Source of the DNA: Gemmatimonadaceae bacterium
GTDB taxonomy: Bacteria > Gemmatimonadota > Gemmatimonadetes > Gemmatimonadales > Gemmatimonadaceae
Length of the DNA: 64,000 nucleotides
Direction of reading: 5' to 3'
Assembly: GCA_051859245.1 (NCBI GenBank)
Contig: JBHYGA010000001.1
Span: forward strand, 192,001 to 256,000
Positions 61,047 through 64,000 of this stretch are shown one piece after another (the first letter of the stretch is position 1; every line of letters begins with the position of its first letter). The translations under genes and the position numbers were made by a program. A model generated the notes under the pieces. That model was not told where the DNA came from and made no database searches. It saw nothing but the letters and a program-made list of their open reading frames with translations.

Positions 61047-63566
61047 ATGCGCCTCGCACGAAGTGTCTCCTTCGCTGTCACTCTCGCGGCGCTGCTCGTC
61101 TCCGTGGTAGCTCACGACGCGCGCGCGCAAGAAGTATCCGGCGTGCTCATGCAACCAGATAGCACAACTCCTGCGTCGGGCGTGGTTGTCACGGCACAGC
61201 GTGTGCGGGACGGCGCAACAGTCGGGCGAACCGTAACCGGCGAACGAGGCAACTTCTGGCTCCGTGTTTCGACAGACTCGATTGAGCTGCGCGCACTTCG
61301 CGTTGGACAACTCCCGTACTCACTCGCGCGCGTTCGACTCCGTACAAATGAAAGGCGGGAACTGCGGGCGGTGCTGCCTTCTGCACCAATCGTCATTTCG
61401 AGTGTGCGTACCCGTGTTGACAATCGCTGCCGGCTGCGGCCTGAGCAATCACTGCTCGTTGCACAGCGCTTCGATCAAGCACGCACGGCGTTGTGGTCGT
61501 CGCTGCTTGCACCGCTCGACGGCCGGCCCCGCGTTCGTTTTCGCATCACGACTGAGCAGCGCCGTCTGTCAGACGACGCGGTGCTTGCCGCGCACACAAC
61601 GTCATACATCAGCGATTCAGTGCGAGCCTTTCAGAGCTTGCCTGCCGATTCGCTGACTACGGCCGGTTTTGTCGCGCGCCAACTGGACGGTTCAACACTA
61701 TACCGCGCACCCGACGCTCATGTGCTCGCAGACGATTCCTTTCTCGATTCGTATTGTCTGCGTTTGGCGGAAGATTCAACGCGCAACGCCGAATGGCTTG
61801 GCGTAACGTTTGAGCCAGCGCGCTCGCGAAGAGGCATCATACAGATTCGTGGAGTGCTGTGGTTGGATCGGGTAAACGCGGCGCTGCGACGCATCGAATA
61901 CGAGTACGTGGGACTGGAGCGCACGCTGCAGAACGCAAAGCCCGGTGGCTGGATCGAGTATGCGCAGCTGCCCAATGGGCTGTGGTTTGCCAATCGATGG
62001 GAGATTCGCATGCCTCGCGTGCAGTCGCACGTGACAATTCAGCTCGCGCGGGGCGCACGGACTCCGGATCTGCTCGAAGACCGGCAGACGCTGATTGGCA
62101 CGCAGGTGACGAGCGGTGAGGTGGACGAGGTCTTTGTCGGACTGTTCCCGCAATACACGGCGGGACGCGAGGATTTTGTGGACGCGTCGGGCGCAGTGAT
62201 CGCCTTGCCCGATGAAGCATTCCGGGATCGTGCAGCATGCAACAACGCCGCGTCGTCGAGCGTGCTCGTTCACGGCCGCATCACCAGCGCCGGCGACGCA
62301 CCACTCGTTGCCGCGAGCATAGATTTTGTGTGGCAAGAATCTCGCACATCGTCGTTGCAGTATCGTTCCGCGCGAGTCGACAGCACGGGCCGCTTTCTCG
62401 TTTGCGGACTCCCCAGTGGCGTGTCAGTGACTGCGTCTGCAACGGCGGCGGCACATGACTCCAGCACGCTCGTCGTGAACGTGACGCCCGAGCGGAGGTC
62501 AGCACGCGTGGACCTGATGCTACGGCCAACGAAAAGCATCGCAGCTGAACAACTGATCGCTTCCTACCAGGTCATGGACAACGTGATGTTTCCAGCGCTT
62601 GACGAGTCGCTGTTCTCAGGCGACGGAGCATCTGCAGCGGAACGCACCGTTTCGTATGTGCCGCTACGTGTCGTCGATTCACTCACCGGAGCTCCGGTGA
62701 GCTTTGCCAACGTGAGGGTGGATGGTGCATCACCGCGTGTTACTGACGATTTGGGCGTCATCTTTCTGCGTGACACGTCGAGACGCGCAATCACCGTGCG
62801 CGTGAATCGTGTCGGCTTTCTAGCCTATCAGGCAACGATCACCCGCAGTGCTTCGAGCGGACACTATGTTGCCCGATTGCGTCGGGTCGTGCCTACGCTT
62901 GACACCGTCAGCGCAATCGCAGGGCGTAGTGGCCGCTCCACCATTCGGGTCGTGGATAGCGACGGCATTCCTGTTCCGTATGCGGTTGTGGCGGTCAATG
63001 GTGGCCGACCGTACACAACTGACGCATCTGGGCGCGTTGCGCTCGGGACACGCGTGGAAGGCGCGCTCTCCGTTGGTGTTCGCCGGTTGGGCTACTCGCC
63101 CTACTTCGGTGAAGCCGTCCCGGATGAGTCCTCCGCTGAGCTGATCGTCACGTTGAACCGCATCGCAAGCAAAGTCGATACCGTGAAGGTGATCGCTGAG
63201 CGGTCCACGCCGCTTTCGCGCACCGGTTTTTACGATCGAATGGAGCGCGTTCGGAGAGGCGCAATCCTCGGGTCATTCATCACGCCGGAAGAAATCGAGC
63301 TTCGCGCGTCGGCGTTTGGGTGGACGCAGCTTCTGCGAACGTCACAGTACGTGCGGGTGACGAACAACGGGCTGGTCGGTCGGGGGGATTGTCGCATGCA
63401 GCTACTCGTGGATGGCCTGCCAAGTTCAGGCGATGGCCTCAGTACTTCCGAAATCATGGCGATCGAAGTGTATCCGTCCACGGCAAACGCCCCGGTGGAG
63501 GTCATTCCGCTCACAAACCGCGGCTCCTGTGGGATTATCGTGGTCTGGACGGGGCCGCGTCGGTAG
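61047..63566 (+). CDS. Exported protein with carboxypeptidase-regulatory-like repeats and a plug-like C-terminus
   Basis: Signal peptide; repeated V.D..G.PV..A.V...TD..G and VRRLGY; GFYDR, LLVDG, AIEVYP, CGIIVVWT. Confidence 0.8.
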   Translation: MRLARSVSFAVTLAALLVSVVAHDARAQEVSGVLMQPDSTTPASGVVVTAQRVRDGATVGRTVTGERGNFWLRVSTDSIELRALRVGQLPYSLARVRLRTNERRELRAVLPSAPIVISSVRTRVDNRCRLRPEQSLLVAQRFDQARTALWSSLLAPLDGRPRVRFRITTEQRRLSDDAVLAAHTTSYISDSVRAFQSLPADSLTTAGFVARQLDGSTLYRAPDAHVLADDSFLDSYCLRLAEDSTRNAEWLGVTFEPARSRRGIIQIRGVLWLDRVNAALRRIEYEYVGLERTLQNAKPGGWIEYAQLPNGLWFANRWEIRMPRVQSHVTIQLARGARTPDLLEDRQTLIGTQVTSGEVDEVFVGLFPQYTAGREDFVDASGAVIALPDEAFRDRAACNNAASSSVLVHGRITSAGDAPLVAASIDFVWQESRTSSLQYRSARVDSTGRFLVCGLPSGVSVTASATAAAHDSSTLVVNVTPERRSARVDLMLRPTKSIAAEQLIASYQVMDNVMFPALDESLFSGDGASAAERTVSYVPLRVVDSLTGAPVSFANVRVDGASPRVTDDLGVIFLRDTSRRAITVRVNRVGFLAYQATITRSASSGHYVARLRRVVPTLDTVSAIAGRSGRSTIRVVDSDGIPVPYAVVAVNGGRPYTTDASGRVALGTRVEGALSVGVRRLGYSPYFGEAVPDESSAELIVTLNRIASKVDTVKVIAERSTPLSRTGFYDRMERVRRGAILGSFITPEEIELRASAFGWTQLLRTSQYVRVTNNGLVGRGDCRMQLLVDGLPSSGDGLSTSEIMAIEVYPSTANAPVEVIPLTNRGSCGIIVVWTGPRR

Positions 63567-63665
63567 ATCCATTCGCGACACGAGAGCGTCGCCGGCGCGA
63601 GTAACGTGAAGCGCGCGGCGCCAAAGCAGGTCGGCAGGCAGCGTCTCCTCTGAATAACTTTCAGA

Positions 63666-64000
63666 ATGACCGATCCCCGCGGACGCCCGCCCGTCAGCCC
63701 CGACGTTGATGCCGTTCTTGAAGTTGTTGACTCGCTGTCTCCCGGCGAGCTCGACGGCCTGCCGTACGGCGTGATCCAGCTCGATCGCACCGGCCGCATC
63801 CTTAAGTACAACGCCGTGGAATCGCGCCTGGCATCGCTGGCGCCCGAAGATGCGATCGGCAAGCAGTTCTTTACCGAAGTCGCCCCGTGCACGCGCGTGC
63901 AGGAGTTCTACGGACGCTTCAAGGAAGGGGTGATCCGTGAGATGCTCGACACCTCCTTCACCTTTCACTTTGCGTTCAAACAATCACCGCGTGATGTGAC
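63666..64000 (+). CDS. pyp: Photoactive yellow protein homologue, truncated by the window edge
   Basis: Not in ORF track. MTDPRGRPPVSPDVDAVLEVVDSLSPGELDGLPYGVIQLDRTGRILKYNAVESRLASLAPEDAIGKQFFTEVAPCTRVQEFYGRFKEGVIREMLDTSFTFHFAFKQSPRDV... Confidence 0.9.
   Translation, partial: MTDPRGRPPVSPDVDAVLEVVDSLSPGELDGLPYGVIQLDRTGRILKYNAVESRLASLAPEDAIGKQFFTEVAPCTRVQEFYGRFKEGVIREMLDTSFTFHFAFKQSPRDV

Overview
GC-rich bacterial chromosomal window, densely coding, with about 52 CDSs. I found no rRNA, tRNA, CRISPR array or recognisable mobile element. The gene content resembles Gemmatimonadota (BTAD/TPR membrane regulator, carboxypeptidase-regulatory-like surface protein, tricorn, DUF885 and Zn peptidases); this is inference only. 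Main content: exported hydrolases and peptidases, an exported MsrA/MsrB pair, a cold-shock protein, a di-heme peroxidase, an ECF sigma/FecR/TonB-transducer module, a Fur-box PepSY gene, matB/matC-like genes, a Met/Cys lyase with a divergent Lrp regulator, and a stand-alone DnaE2. Three genes are missing from the ORF track: an edge-truncated PAS sensor (<1..788), a 57-aa ORF (2131..2304) and an edge-truncated photoactive yellow protein (63666..>64000). Best leads: (1) GTAGGGT-N13-CGTGT occurs three times, each time upstream of a gene, outlining an ECF regulon that reaches a peroxidase 17 kb away; (2) a PYP retaining Y42/E46/C69; (3) a ~220-aa low-complexity insertion in DnaE2 plus a candidate SOS box; (4) a DEAD-box helicase that apparently needs a CTG start; (5) terminators inside two 5' leaders. 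All product calls come from motifs recognised by eye; no database searches were run.
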